Source: Syntrophales bacterium
GTDB lineage: Bacteria; Desulfobacterota; Syntrophia; Syntrophales; UBA6807
Reading direction: 5' to 3'
Assembly: GCA_040767195.1 (NCBI GenBank)
Contig: JAXGPA010000005.1
Coordinates: 1-64,000 of the forward strand
Length of the DNA: 64,000 nt
Part shown: positions 18,614-28,523 of the stretch, one piece after another
How the letters are laid out: every line of letters starts with the position of its first letter
Position numbering within the stretch: the first letter of the stretch is position 1
Program-made: the position numbers and the translations under genes
Notes under the pieces: generated by a model
Databases searched by the model: none
What the model saw: only the letters and a program-made list of their open reading frames with translations
What the model was told of the DNA's origin: nothing

Positions 18614-20995
18614 ATGATCATCTTGCGCATCAACGACCGGGAGATCACCGTGCCCCAGGGGAGCACGATCCTGGAAGCGGCCCGGAAGGCCGGCGTTTAC
18701 GTCCCCACGCTGTGTCACGACGAGCGGGTCACCCCTTACGGGGCCTGCCGCCTCTGTGTCGTGGAAAACCGCGGGAAGCCGGGCGCCCTCCTGCCTTCCT
18801 GTTTCACCCCCGCCCGAAACGGCATGGACATCGTCACCGACTCGGAGACCGTCCTGAACGCCGTCCGGACGCAGTTGCAGCTCATTCTCATCAACCACCC
18901 CCTGGACTGCCCCGTCTGTGACAAGGCCGGGGAGTGCGTCCTCCAGGACCTGGTGATCCGTTACGGCATTTCCGAGGTCCCCTTCACCGTCGACCCCGTT
19001 CCCCGGCTCGTGGACAACGGGTCGCCTCTCATCGTGAGGGACATGAACCGGTGCGTTCTGTGCGGCCTCTGTGTCCGGATCTGCGGGGAACTCCAGGGAA
19101 GAGGGGAACTCGATTTCATACACCGCGGGTACCGGACCGAGGTGGGAACGGACGGAGGCCGACCCCTGGACTGCGATTTCTGCGGCCTGTGCGTTTCCGC
19201 CTGTCCCGTGGGGGCCCTGGGAGACAAGCTGTTCAGAAACCGGACCCGGGTGTGGAAACTGGACCGCGAAACGACCGTGTGCAGCCACTGCGGCCTGGGC
19301 TGCCGCGTCGAGTTTCATCTCGAGGAAGAACAAATCCGGCGGGTTGTACCCGGAAAGGGGAACAACGGCGGGAAAGGCCTCCTCTGCGTGCGGGGACAGT
19401 TCGGCTGGCGGGCCTTCGAGGACCCCGCCCGGCCCGTGAAGCCGCGAATCCGCCGGGCCGGCCGGCACGAGGAAGTCTCCTGGCCCGATGCCGTTGAATT
19501 CACCGCAAAACGCCTTCAGACGTTTCTCGGGGCCCATGGGGGCGACGCCCTGGCCGTGGTCACGGCGGATCACCTCACCACGGAGGAGGCCGGCACCTGC
19601 GGGACGTTCCTTCGGGAAACCCTCGGGTGCGGGAATGTCGGTTCCCTCCAGGCGGGGGGGTACCGGCGGATCGTTTCCGTTCTTCAGGAGAAAATCGGGG
19701 AAGACCGGTTTCCCGTGACTTTTCGGGACATCACGGAAGCGGACATTCTCCTGGTCATAGGCGGCGGTGCCGCCGAGCATCACCCCGTTCTCAAGCCCTT
19801 CATCAACGGCTTCCTGAAATCACCGGGGAAGGAACTGGTGGTGCTTTCGTCCTGGCCGGATTACGTCCTGGAACGGGCCACTCTGCCTCTTCTCATACCG
19901 CCGGAACGGTTCGACGAATTTTTGAAGGAAACGCGGGAGGCCTTTTCGCAAGATCGAGCGGGATCTAACGGGGACATCGACCGTTTTTCCATCCCCACGG
20001 ACCGGCTGGCCCGGTTCATCGGCCTTCTCGAATCGCGCCGGGACACGGTCGTCCTGGTCGTTCCCGACCTGTTCGGAGACAGCGGGGAAAGGGCCCGCAT
20101 GGCTGCGTTCCTGCAGAGCCGGGCCCGGGCCATCCTGCCGCTTGGGGGGCAGATGAACAGCCGCGGGGCCGTTCTCGATGCCGGGCTGGGTTCCCGCGGC
20201 GCCGTGAGGGACCGCCAGGCCTTTCTGAAAGCCCTGGAGGAAGGGCGGATCCGCGGCCTGTGGCTTCTCGGGGAGGACCCCCTGGAGAGGCTCCCCGGCG
20301 GGGACCGGCTCCGGGCGGCCCTGGAAAAGCTCGAACTGATCATCTGCCAGGGTCCCTTCGAAACGGCGGTGACCGGCCTGGCTGACGTTATTCTGCCCTC
20401 GTCCCTGCCGGTGGAAAAAGGGGGGACCGTCCGCTCTATGACCGGTGAAAGGAAAACCCTCCGCCCGATCCGGCCCCGATTAGGGGAGGCCCGGCCGGAC
20501 GGGGACATTTTCGAGGATATCGAACAGGCCCTCCGGAGAGCGGGCGGTGTTTCTTCAAGACCATTTTCGGAATGGAATCCAGCTGGAGAGGCTTTCCCGG
20601 AACCCGGGCGCCATGAGCCTGCGGGCGCTTTTTCGAGGGAAAAACCTCTTGACGACCTCACAGTATCCGGCGGTTTCCCCTGCACCCTCGTCGCCGTGCC
20701 GTCCCTCTTCGGGGACGGGTCCCTGTCGCTGCGAAGCCCCGATCTGGGGGATCTCCGCCGGGGGATTCAGGTTCTCCTGAATATCGCCGACTTCGAGGAA
20801 ATGGGTTTCGCGGACCGGGAAGAGGTGTCCGTCCGGACATCCCTCGGTACCGCCCCGGCGGCGGTCCGCCCGTTCAGGGGGGGAAGCCGGGGAGTGGCCC
20901 TCATTCGCCATGTCACGGGAAAGCCGGAAGCGCTTTCCCTCCTGCCGCCGGGAAGAGCCGCCGTGCAGGCGGTCATCGAAAGGAGGCGCCTGTGA
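18614..20995 (+). CDS. nuoG: NuoG-like Fe-S subunit with degenerate molybdopterin-oxidoreductase fold
   Basis: PTLC...GACRLC...SC, HPLDCPVCDKAGEC, CVLCGLCVRIC, CDFCGLCVSACP, CSHCGLGC...LCVRG; alternative start 18593. Confidence 0.88.
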   Translation: MIILRINDREITVPQGSTILEAARKAGVYVPTLCHDERVTPYGACRLCVVENRGKPGALLPSCFTPARNGMDIVTDSETVLNAVRTQLQLILINHPLDCPVCDKAGECVLQDLVIRYGISEVPFTVDPVPRLVDNGSPLIVRDMNRCVLCGLCVRICGELQGRGELDFIHRGYRTEVGTDGGRPLDCDFCGLCVSACPVGALGDKLFRNRTRVWKLDRETTVCSHCGLGCRVEFHLEEEQIRRVVPGKGNNGGKGLLCVRGQFGWRAFEDPARPVKPRIRRAGRHEEVSWPDAVEFTAKRLQTFLGAHGGDALAVVTADHLTTEEAGTCGTFLRETLGCGNVGSLQAGGYRRIVSVLQEKIGEDRFPVTFRDITEADILLVIGGGAAEHHPVLKPFINGFLKSPGKELVVLSSWPDYVLERATLPLLIPPERFDEFLKETREAFSQDRAGSNGDIDRFSIPTDRLARFIGLLESRRDTVVLVVPDLFGDSGERARMAAFLQSRARAILPLGGQMNSRGAVLDAGLGSRGAVRDRQAFLKALEEGRIRGLWLLGEDPLERLPGGDRLRAALEKLELIICQGPFETAVTGLADVILPSSLPVEKGGTVRSMTGERKTLRPIRPRLGEARPDGDIFEDIEQALRRAGGVSSRPFSEWNPAGEAFPEPGRHEPAGAFSREKPLDDLTVSGGFPCTLVAVPSLFGDGSLSLRSPDLGDLRRGIQVLLNIADFEEMGFADREEVSVRTSLGTAPAAVRPFRGGSRGVALIRHVTGKPEALSLLPPGRAAVQAVIERRRL

Positions 20996-21951
20996 TTTCC
21001 TGGGATCTCATCGCTGGTATCCTGCGGATTGTCGTTTTCTTCTCCGTCATCATGGGGATCGTGGCCTACATGACCCTCATGGAGAGGCGGTTTCTGGCCT
21101 TTTTCCAGGTCCGCCGGGGACCGAACCGCGTGGGTCCCCTCGGTCTTCTTCAGCCCATCGCCGACGGGATCAAGCTTTTCTTCAAGGAAGACCTGACCGT
21201 TTCCCATGCGAACCGCTTCTACTTCATCCTGGCGCCGGCCGTGGCTGTCGTGTCGGTCCTCGCGTGCTTCGCCGTCGTGCCCGTCTCCCCCGGCGTCGTC
21301 GTGGCCGATCTTCCCGTCGCCGTCCTCTATCTCCTGGCCTTTTCCTCCCTGGGGATTTACGGGGTCCTCCTGGCGGGGTGGTCGTCCAACAACAAGTTCT
21401 CCCTCCTGGGGGGACTGCGGGCCGCCGCCCAGATGGTCAGTTACGAGATTCCCCTGGCCCTGGCCGTGACGGCCATCGTCGTTCTCGCCGGTTCCATGAG
21501 CCTGGTGGACATCGTGCGGGCCCAGGAAGGCCTCTGGTTCGCCGTGAAGCAGCCCCTGGGATTCCTGATCTTTCTTATCGCCGTCTCGGCGGAGACGAAC
21601 CGCACGCCCTTCGATCTCCTGGAATGCGAGAACGAACTGGTTGCCGGCTACCAGACCGAATACGCCTCCATGAAATTCGGCCTTTTCTACATGGCCGAGT
21701 ACGCCCACATCCTCCTGGCGTCATGCCTCGTCAGCCTTTTTTTCCTCGGGGGCTGGAACGGCCCGTTTTTCCCGCCGCCGGTCTGGTTTTTCGGCAAGGT
21801 ATTTCTCGTTTTTGCGGTCTTCGTCTGGGTCCGGGCGACTTTTCCGAGAGTCCGTTATGACCAGCTCATGACGTTCTCCTGGAAGGTTCTCATGCCGCTT
21901 GGATTTCTGAACCTCATGGTGACGGCCCTGGCGGTCGTCTATCTTGCCTAA
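20992..21951 (+). CDS. nuoH: NADH-quinone oxidoreductase subunit H
   Basis: RRGPNRVGPLGLLQPIADGIKL, AAQMVSYE, ETNRTPFDL, RATFPRVRYDQL. Confidence 0.95.
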   Translation: MISWDLIAGILRIVVFFSVIMGIVAYMTLMERRFLAFFQVRRGPNRVGPLGLLQPIADGIKLFFKEDLTVSHANRFYFILAPAVAVVSVLACFAVVPVSPGVVVADLPVAVLYLLAFSSLGIYGVLLAGWSSNNKFSLLGGLRAAAQMVSYEIPLALAVTAIVVLAGSMSLVDIVRAQEGLWFAVKQPLGFLIFLIAVSAETNRTPFDLLECENELVAGYQTEYASMKFGLFYMAEYAHILLASCLVSLFFLGGWNGPFFPPPVWFFGKVFLVFAVFVWVRATFPRVRYDQLMTFSWKVLMPLGFLNLMVTALAVVYLA

Positions 21952-21960
21952 GGAGCTGTT

Positions 21961-22401
21961 ATGGTCAACGGGCTGATCCGGGGGCTGGCCCTCACGTTCA
22001 GGACCTTTTTCAGCCGTTCCGTCACGGAGGAATACCCCGAGGTCAAGCGGCCTCTGCCGGAACGTTTCCGGGGACGGCCGGTCCTTCTCGCCGGAGAGGA
22101 CGGGCGGCCCCGCTGTGTCGCCTGTGGTCTTTGTGAAAAGGTCTGCCCGTCTCAGTGCATTACCGTCGTTCCCGGGACGGGCCCCGGCGGCGGGAGGACC
22201 CTCCGCCATTACGGGCTCGATCTCGGCCGGTGCGCTTTCTGCGGCCTGTGCGTTTCGTCGTGTCCCGTGGAGGCCCTGGCCATGGGCGGGGAATACGAAC
22301 TGGCCGTCGAGAACCGGAAGGCCCTTTTATACACGGCGGACCGGCTTCTCGCCCTGCCGGGAGATCCAGGGAATGATGTCGCGACAAAGGGGGACAAATG
22401 A
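21961..22401 (+). CDS. nuoI: NADH-quinone oxidoreductase subunit I
   Basis: TEEYPE..RFRG, CVACGLCEKVCP, CAFCGLCVSSCP. Confidence 0.93.
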   Translation: MVNGLIRGLALTFRTFFSRSVTEEYPEVKRPLPERFRGRPVLLAGEDGRPRCVACGLCEKVCPSQCITVVPGTGPGGGRTLRHYGLDLGRCAFCGLCVSSCPVEALAMGGEYELAVENRKALLYTADRLLALPGDPGNDVATKGDK

Positions 22402-22456
22402 TTATTTTCGGAGTCGTTCTCATCAATTTTCACGGAAAGGGGGTACGAAACCGGTG

Positions 22457-22972
22457 ATGGACACCCTGGTTTTCTGGATCCTCGCCGGCACGGCCGTCCT
22501 GTCGGCCCTCGCTGTCGTGGTCCTGAAAAATCCCATGAACAGTGTCGTGGCCCTCCTGGTGACCCTTCTCGTCACGGCGGGGCTTTATCTTCAGATGGGT
22601 GCCTTCGTCATCGCCCTCTTCCAGGTGATCCTGTATGTCGGGGCCGTTCTTGTCCTCTTTCTTTTCGTGATCATGACCCTCGACCTGAAGTCCTCCCGGG
22701 AAAGGCCCGTCCTTTCGCCGAGGGGACTGGCAGCCGCTGTCACGGCCGGCATTTTTTTCATCGCAGGGGCGGGCTGGTTTGCAAGCCGGGGCGGTTTTTT
22801 CCCAAAAACGGCGGTCTCCCCGGGTGTTCCGGGCAACGGTCCCGGGATCCGGGAGATCGCCCTGGATCTCTTCACGGGCCATCTCCTGGTTTTCGAACTC
22901 GCGTCGGTGCTGCTCCTGGCCGCCGCCGTCGCGGCCCTCGTGATCGTCCGCAAGGAAAGGAGCCGCCCATGA
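22457..22972 (+). CDS. nuoJ: NADH-quinone oxidoreductase subunit J
   Basis: NPMNS, QVILYVGAVLVLFLFVIM, FELASVLLL. Confidence 0.92.
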   Translation: MDTLVFWILAGTAVLSALAVVVLKNPMNSVVALLVTLLVTAGLYLQMGAFVIALFQVILYVGAVLVLFLFVIMTLDLKSSRERPVLSPRGLAAAVTAGIFFIAGAGWFASRGGFFPKTAVSPGVPGNGPGIREIALDLFTGHLLVFELASVLLLAAAVAALVIVRKERSRP

Positions 22973-23268
22973 GCCTCGAATCGGTCATGGTCACCGGGAT
23001 CGTCCTTTTCATCATCGGGGCCTCGGGGTTTTTGCTCCGTGGCAATGCCATCGTTCTGCTCCTTTGCATCGAGGTCATGCTGAACGCTGTCAATCTCATC
23101 CTGGTGGGTTTCGCCCGTTACCTTTACGGCACGGAGGGACAGGTGTTCGTTTTCATCATCATGACGGTGAGCGCCGCCGAAGCCGCCGTGGGACTGGCCA
23201 TCGTCGTGGCGCTGGTCCGGCTCTTCGGGACGGCCGACATGACCAGGATCAATCTCCTGAAAGGGTGA
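22969..23268 (+). CDS. nuoK: NADH-quinone oxidoreductase subunit K
   Basis: IEVMLNAVNL, GQVF, VSAAEAAVGLAI. Confidence 0.93.
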   Translation: MSLESVMVTGIVLFIIGASGFLLRGNAIVLLLCIEVMLNAVNLILVGFARYLYGTEGQVFVFIIMTVSAAEAAVGLAIVVALVRLFGTADMTRINLLKG

Positions 23269-23271
23269 ACC

Positions 23272-25143
23272 ATGTCGCTTTCCTCGTTCCTGTGGATCCT
23301 TCCCGCCCTTCCGGCCCTGGGTGTCCTGGTTAACGGCTTTTTCGGAACGTCCTGGCGGGAGAAAAAAATCGCCTCCATGTCCGTCGGTTCCGTGGGCCTG
23401 GCCCTGGCCTTTGCCCTGGTGTTCGCCGCGGAACTTTTCGCCCGGCTTCCCGGCGACAGGCGCCTGTCCATGAGCCTGTACCGGTGGCTTTCCGACGGCT
23501 CGCTGACCGTCGATCTGGGGCTTTTCCTAGATCCCCTTTCCATGGTCATGGTCTTCGTCGTTCTCTTCGTCGGTTTTCTCATCCATCTTTACTCGGCCGG
23601 CTACATGACGGGCGATCCCGGGTACCGCCGCTATTTCGTCTTTCTCAATCTCTTCATCTTCTTCATGCTTCTTCTCGTGCTGGCGGACAACCTCGTTCTC
23701 ACCTTCGTCGGATGGGAGGGGGTCGGGCTTTGTTCCTACCTCCTCATCGGTTTCTGGTACGAAAAGACCTCGGCCTGCGATGCCGGCCGGAAGGCCTTCG
23801 TGGTGAACCGCGTCGGAGATTTCGGGTTTCTTCTCGGCATCCTTCTCGCCGCCGTCGTCTTCGGCACGGTGAATTATGGGGAGATCGCCCGCCTCCTCGG
23901 GTCAGACCCCGCCGTCGCCCCGGGCATCACGGCGGCCGTGGCCCTGCTTCTTTTTCTGGGGGCCATGGGAAAGTCCGCCCAGTTTCCCCTTCACGTGTGG
24001 CTTCCCGATGCCATGGAAGGGCCCTCGCCGGTGTCGGCCCTCATCCACGGCGCAACCATGGTCAACGCCGGCGTCTACCTGCTCTGCCGGATTTCCCCCC
24101 TCCTGGAGGCGGCCCCCGCTGTCTTTCCCGTCATCGCCTCGGTGGGGCTGGCCACGGTCCTCTACGCGTCCCTCTCCGCCCTGGGTCAGCGGGACATCAA
24201 GCGGCTTCTCGCCTACTCGACGGTGAGCCAGATCGGCTACATGTTTGTCGCCGTGGGCTGCGGTCTCTATTCCGCCGGCATGTTCCACCTCATGGCCCAC
24301 GGCATCTTCAAGGGCCTTCTCTTCCTCGCCGCCGGCGCCGTCATACACGCCCTCGACGGCAGGCAGGACCTGGAAGAAATGGGGGGACTGGGGAAGGAAC
24401 TTCCCGTTGTTTCCCTCACCTTTGTCGCCGGGACCCTGGCTCTGGCGGGGGTCTTTCCCCTTTCTGGCTTTTTCAGCAAGGACGCCATCCTCTGGGGAAG
24501 CCTCGGGCGTTACGGCCTCCTCTTCTGGATCGCCGCCTTCACGGGGGCGCTCGTCACGGCCCTTTATTCGGGAAAGCTGCTGGCTGCTTTCCTGGGGGAA
24601 AAACGTTTCGAGGGATCCCTGCACCGCCCCGGAACGGTTGTTGTTGTTCCCCTTCTGGTCCTGGCCCTGTCGACGCTCGCCGCCGGCCTTCCGGGACTGC
24701 CCCTTTTCACGGAAGAGACCTTTTTCGCCCGATTCCTCGGAATGCCCGCCCACACGTTCCTGGCGGGGGAACACACGCTCGAGGGGGTCCTCATGGTCGG
24801 CCAGCTGGGTCTGATCGTCATCGTGCTTTGTGCCGCCGCGCGCTTTTTCACGGTGTCCCGGAAAGCGCCGGTATCGGAGGCCCTTGCGAGCGGTTTCGGC
24901 GTCGACCGCCTCTATGAGCGGCTTTTCGTCCGGCCACTGAAAACCATGGCCCGTTTTTGCTTTTCCGTCATCGACAGCCGTTTCGTCGACGGCCTGGTCA
25001 ACGGTTTCGGGGCCCTTTCCATGGCCCTTGGAACCCTCGTGGCGGGATATCAGTCGGGCTTCCTTCGCCGCTACGCCGCCTCTCTCGCGGGGGGCGCCGT
25101 GGCACTCATCGCCTTGAGTATCTGGTTCCAGGGAGGTTTCTGA
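23272..25143 (+). CDS. nuoL: NADH-quinone oxidoreductase subunit L
   Basis: GWEGVGLCSYLLIGFW, KAFVVNRVGD, GKSAQFPLHVWLPDAMEGP, AYSTVSQIGYM. Confidence 0.95.
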   Translation: MSLSSFLWILPALPALGVLVNGFFGTSWREKKIASMSVGSVGLALAFALVFAAELFARLPGDRRLSMSLYRWLSDGSLTVDLGLFLDPLSMVMVFVVLFVGFLIHLYSAGYMTGDPGYRRYFVFLNLFIFFMLLLVLADNLVLTFVGWEGVGLCSYLLIGFWYEKTSACDAGRKAFVVNRVGDFGFLLGILLAAVVFGTVNYGEIARLLGSDPAVAPGITAAVALLLFLGAMGKSAQFPLHVWLPDAMEGPSPVSALIHGATMVNAGVYLLCRISPLLEAAPAVFPVIASVGLATVLYASLSALGQRDIKRLLAYSTVSQIGYMFVAVGCGLYSAGMFHLMAHGIFKGLLFLAAGAVIHALDGRQDLEEMGGLGKELPVVSLTFVAGTLALAGVFPLSGFFSKDAILWGSLGRYGLLFWIAAFTGALVTALYSGKLLAAFLGEKRFEGSLHRPGTVVVVPLLVLALSTLAAGLPGLPLFTEETFFARFLGMPAHTFLAGEHTLEGVLMVGQLGLIVIVLCAAARFFTVSRKAPVSEALASGFGVDRLYERLFVRPLKTMARFCFSVIDSRFVDGLVNGFGALSMALGTLVAGYQSGFLRRYAASLAGGAVALIALSIWFQGGF

Positions 25144-25144
25144 T

Positions 25145-26713
25145 ATGCCCGTTTCTCCCTTTCCGTTACTGTCCCTCATGGTTCTTCTTCCCCTTGCGGG
25201 AAGCGCCGTCGTCCTTTCCGGACGGGAACGGTGGGCCCCCCACGGGGCGCTGGCCGTGACGACGGCCACCTTTCTTTTGACCCTTGTGCCCCTCTTTTTC
25301 TTCCGGCCTGGGCAGACGGGCTTCCTGTTCGTAGAAAAATATTCCTGGATCAGCGCCCTCGGCATCTCGTACCACCTGGGCGTGGATGGGCTTTCCCTGT
25401 TTCTTCTTCCCCTGACGGGCTTTCTTTCCGTCATCGCGGTCCTCGTCTCCTGGAACGCCGTGAAGGAGAAAGTGAAGGCCTACTTCGTCTCCTTCCTCGT
25501 CCTGGAGGCGGCCATGCTGGGGGTCTTCGTCGCTCTCGACGCCATCCTGTTTTACCTGTTCTGGGAAGCCATGCTCATTCCCATGTTCCTCATCATCGGC
25601 ATCTGGGGGAGCCAAAACCGCCGCTATGCCGCCGTGAAGTTCATCATCTACACCGTGGCGGGAAGCCTTTTCCTTCTCGTGGGGTTTATCATCACGGCCT
25701 TTCTCTCCGACTCCCTGGGCGCGGGTTTCTCATTCGACGTGACCCGGTGGGGCCTCCTGGCCGTGCCGGAAGTACACCAGCGCTGGCTTTTCCTTCTCTT
25801 CTTTGTCGCTTTTGCCGTCAAGGTGCCTCTCGTGCCGTTTCACACGTGGCTGCCCGACGCCCACACGGAAGCGCCGACAGCGGGAAGCCTCATTCTCGCC
25901 GGGGTCCTTCTCAAGATGGGGGTATATGGCATGCTGCGCTTCTGCTTTCCCCTCTTTCCGCAGGCCGTGGCCTTTTTCACCCCCGCCGTCATGACCCTCG
26001 GCCTCGTGGGAGTCGTTTACGGGGCCCTGGTGGCCTTCGCCCAGAAGGATCTGAAAAAACTCATCGCCTACTCGAGCGTGAGCCACATGGGGCTTATCAT
26101 CGTGGGGATTTTCACCATGACCGCGGCGGGCCTGAAAGGCGGAATCGTACAAATGGTGAACCACGGGCTGAGCACCGGCGCCCTTTTCATCCTGGCCGGG
26201 GCCGTTTACGAGCGGAAAAGGACGCGGAACCTGGACGAGCTCGGGGGGCTGGCGGGGAAAGCCCCTATCCTCTCCGTTTTTTTCGTCATAGCCATGCTTT
26301 CCTCGGTGGGGCTTCCCGGGCTGAACGGTTTTGTCGGGGAATTTCTCCTTCTTCTGGGGAGCTTCCAGTTCCGGTGGTGGGTGGGGGCGCTCGCCGCCAC
26401 CTCGGTCATTCTCGGGGCCGTCTATCTCCTGTGGATGACCCAGCGGGTCCTTTTCGAGAGAGACAGGTCTCCCGAGGCCGGTCCTTTCAAAGATTTCTGT
26501 CTGCGGGAACGGCTGGTCATGACGTCCCTGGCCTTTCTCATGTTTGCCATCGGTTTTTTCCCGTCGGGTCTGACGGACCGCCTGGAATCGACGGCGGGGA
26601 AGTTTAAAGCCGCCGCGGCGGCAACCGGGCCGGCGGTGGCCGCCATCGCCGTCGGGGATGAAAAAATCAGCTTCGAGGGAGTCACCTATGAATTTCGCCT
26701 TGCCGGACATTAA
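25145..26713 (+). CDS. nuoM: NADH-quinone oxidoreductase subunit M
   Basis: FWEAMLIPM, PFHTWLPDAHTEAPTAGS, LLKMG, KKLIAYSSVSHMG, GLPGLNGFVGEF. Confidence 0.95.
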   Translation: MPVSPFPLLSLMVLLPLAGSAVVLSGRERWAPHGALAVTTATFLLTLVPLFFFRPGQTGFLFVEKYSWISALGISYHLGVDGLSLFLLPLTGFLSVIAVLVSWNAVKEKVKAYFVSFLVLEAAMLGVFVALDAILFYLFWEAMLIPMFLIIGIWGSQNRRYAAVKFIIYTVAGSLFLLVGFIITAFLSDSLGAGFSFDVTRWGLLAVPEVHQRWLFLLFFVAFAVKVPLVPFHTWLPDAHTEAPTAGSLILAGVLLKMGVYGMLRFCFPLFPQAVAFFTPAVMTLGLVGVVYGALVAFAQKDLKKLIAYSSVSHMGLIIVGIFTMTAAGLKGGIVQMVNHGLSTGALFILAGAVYERKRTRNLDELGGLAGKAPILSVFFVIAMLSSVGLPGLNGFVGEFLLLLGSFQFRWWVGALAATSVILGAVYLLWMTQRVLFERDRSPEAGPFKDFCLRERLVMTSLAFLMFAIGFFPSGLTDRLESTAGKFKAAAAATGPAVAAIAVGDEKISFEGVTYEFRLAGH

Positions 26714-28118
26714 CCTCCTTGCCGTTCTTCCCGAGTTGATCCTCCTCGCCGCAGCCGTGGGGGTTCTCTTTTTTCGGGCGCCGGGGTCGAACGGGACGGC
26801 GCTGGGAACGGCCCTGGCCGCCGTGGCCCTGTCTGTCCTCGTGACACCCTTCCTGTACGGGGATTTGAGCGGGACGGCGTTTTCCGGGGCCATCGCGAAG
26901 GATGACGCCACCCTTTTCTTCATCTTCCTGGCGGACCTGGCGGTCCTGGTCGCCCTTGTCCTTTCCCGGAACGACACCATGGGAGACGGGAACGGAGAGG
27001 CTTACTACGGCCTTCTTCTCTTCGCCCTTTTCGGGATGCACGTCATGATCTCCGCCCGGGACCTGCTCGTCCTGTTTCTGGGCCTGGAGATCCTGTCCCT
27101 CCCTTTTTACGTTCTGACGGGCTTTCACAGGAAAAGAAAAGAAGGTCTCGAGGGGGCTGTCAAGTATTTCCTCCTCGGCAGTTTTTCCTCCGCCCTCTTT
27201 CTCCTGGGGATGGCCCTCTATTACGGGGGTGCGGGAACCACAAGCCTCGGGGCTCTTTTCTCCGCCGGTCAGCCGGTGTTTCTTTTCGCGGGCCTGGCCT
27301 TCGTCACGGCGGGCCTGGCCTTCAAGATCGCCGCCGTTCCCTTTCACATGTGGGCGCCCGATGTTTACGAGGGGGCGCCCCTCAGCGTGGCCGCCTGCAT
27401 TTCCGTGGCCCCCAAGGTCGCCGCCTTCGCCGTACTCCTTCACCTCGGCCTCCTGTATGCCGGGAGCGGGGCAGATTTTTTCCCCTGGGCCGTCGCCGCC
27501 ATGGCGGCGGCGGGCATGGTCGTGGGAAACCTCGCCGCCCTGCGGCAGGAAGGGCTGGTGCGCATGCTTGCCTACTCCGGTATCGCCCAGGCGGGGTACA
27601 TCCTCATGGGGCTGCCCCTTCTTTCCCCTGAGGGCCATTCGGCCATCGCCTTTTATCTTTTTGTCTACCTGGTCATGAACCTGGGCGCCTTCGCGGCGGC
27701 GATAACCATGGCCGCGCCGGGAAAAACGGGGCCGCGGATCATCGATCTTGCCGGCCTTGCGTCACGGCGGCCCTTTCTCGCCTTCGCCATGGCCGTTTTC
27801 ATGGTTTCCCTGGCGGGGCTTCCCCCAACGGGCGGTTTTTTCGCCAAGTTTTTTATCTTCAAGGCCGCCGTCGGGGCGGGGTGGCTGACCCTTGTCCTCC
27901 TGGCCGTCGTGATGTCCGTCGTTTCACTTTTTTATTATCTCAAGGTTATCGTGGTCATGTATATGAGGCCGGGGGAAGGCACAGAGGACAGGGAGGTGGA
28001 ATCGCCGTTTTCCGGGGCGCTCATCGCCTTCATGGCCCTGGTCACCCTGGCGACGGGCCTTCTTCCGTCACCTCTTTTCCACGGCATTCAGTCCCTTTTT
28101 TCCAGGATCATCCTGTGA
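26688..28118 (+). CDS. nuoN: NADH-quinone oxidoreductase subunit N
   Basis: EGAVKYF, FKIAAVPFHMWAPDVYEGAP, RMLAYSGI, SLAGLPPTGGF; ATG 26688 with GGAG RBS. Confidence 0.95.
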   Translation: MNFALPDINLLAVLPELILLAAAVGVLFFRAPGSNGTALGTALAAVALSVLVTPFLYGDLSGTAFSGAIAKDDATLFFIFLADLAVLVALVLSRNDTMGDGNGEAYYGLLLFALFGMHVMISARDLLVLFLGLEILSLPFYVLTGFHRKRKEGLEGAVKYFLLGSFSSALFLLGMALYYGGAGTTSLGALFSAGQPVFLFAGLAFVTAGLAFKIAAVPFHMWAPDVYEGAPLSVAACISVAPKVAAFAVLLHLGLLYAGSGADFFPWAVAAMAAAGMVVGNLAALRQEGLVRMLAYSGIAQAGYILMGLPLLSPEGHSAIAFYLFVYLVMNLGAFAAAITMAAPGKTGPRIIDLAGLASRRPFLAFAMAVFMVSLAGLPPTGGFFAKFFIFKAAVGAGWLTLVLLAVVMSVVSLFYYLKVIVVMYMRPGEGTEDREVESPFSGALIAFMALVTLATGLLPSPLFHGIQSLFSRIIL

Positions 28119-28146
28119 GCTTTTCGGGGCTGTTGTCAACAATCCC

Positions 28147-28174
28147 TTGACTTCCCGTCGTCGGCGCGTATAAT
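28147..28174 (+). promoter_or_regulatory. Near-consensus sigma70 promoter
   Basis: TTGACT-16 nt-TATAAT, about 350 nt upstream of the next + strand ORF. Confidence 0.6.
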
Positions 28175-28523
28175 AAAACCAATGTAATCGGCCGTACCGG
28201 CGACGTCGTGAAAAACCCGCTCGCAGTGGCATTCAACCTCCCGTGTGGGGGTCTCGGCCGGAAGGACGCGGCCTCGGGCGGCGGGTTCCCGCCTTTGCGG
28301 TTTTTCAGGAATGCACGCCATAGCAGAGGGTTTTCAGAGTTCTCACGATTCTGGCGTTGATGTAAGTTTCAGCATCTTCAATTCGTTACAGGCCTCCAAT
28401 TCCCTGATTAAAGCCCTGTCCGTTGCATCCAGGCAGAGTTTTTTCTTTCGGCCGCTTTCCCCAGGGGGAAGCGTTAACCCCGTAAGGGGCCATGATAGAT
28501 AAAGGTGTTTAGTAGGTTGTGGT

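Noticed and set aside
16585..18666. 693-aa antisense ORF over nuoF (similar cases: 23902-25434, 39384-41315, 44977-47430, 51492-53540)
   Set aside because: They mirror well-supported genes on the opposite strand and have no RBS or recognisable domain.
18614..20995. NuoG-like ORF as formate dehydrogenase alpha or [FeFe] hydrogenase
   Set aside because: No Cys/Sec-His active-site motif, no in-frame TGA and no H-cluster motifs were seen.
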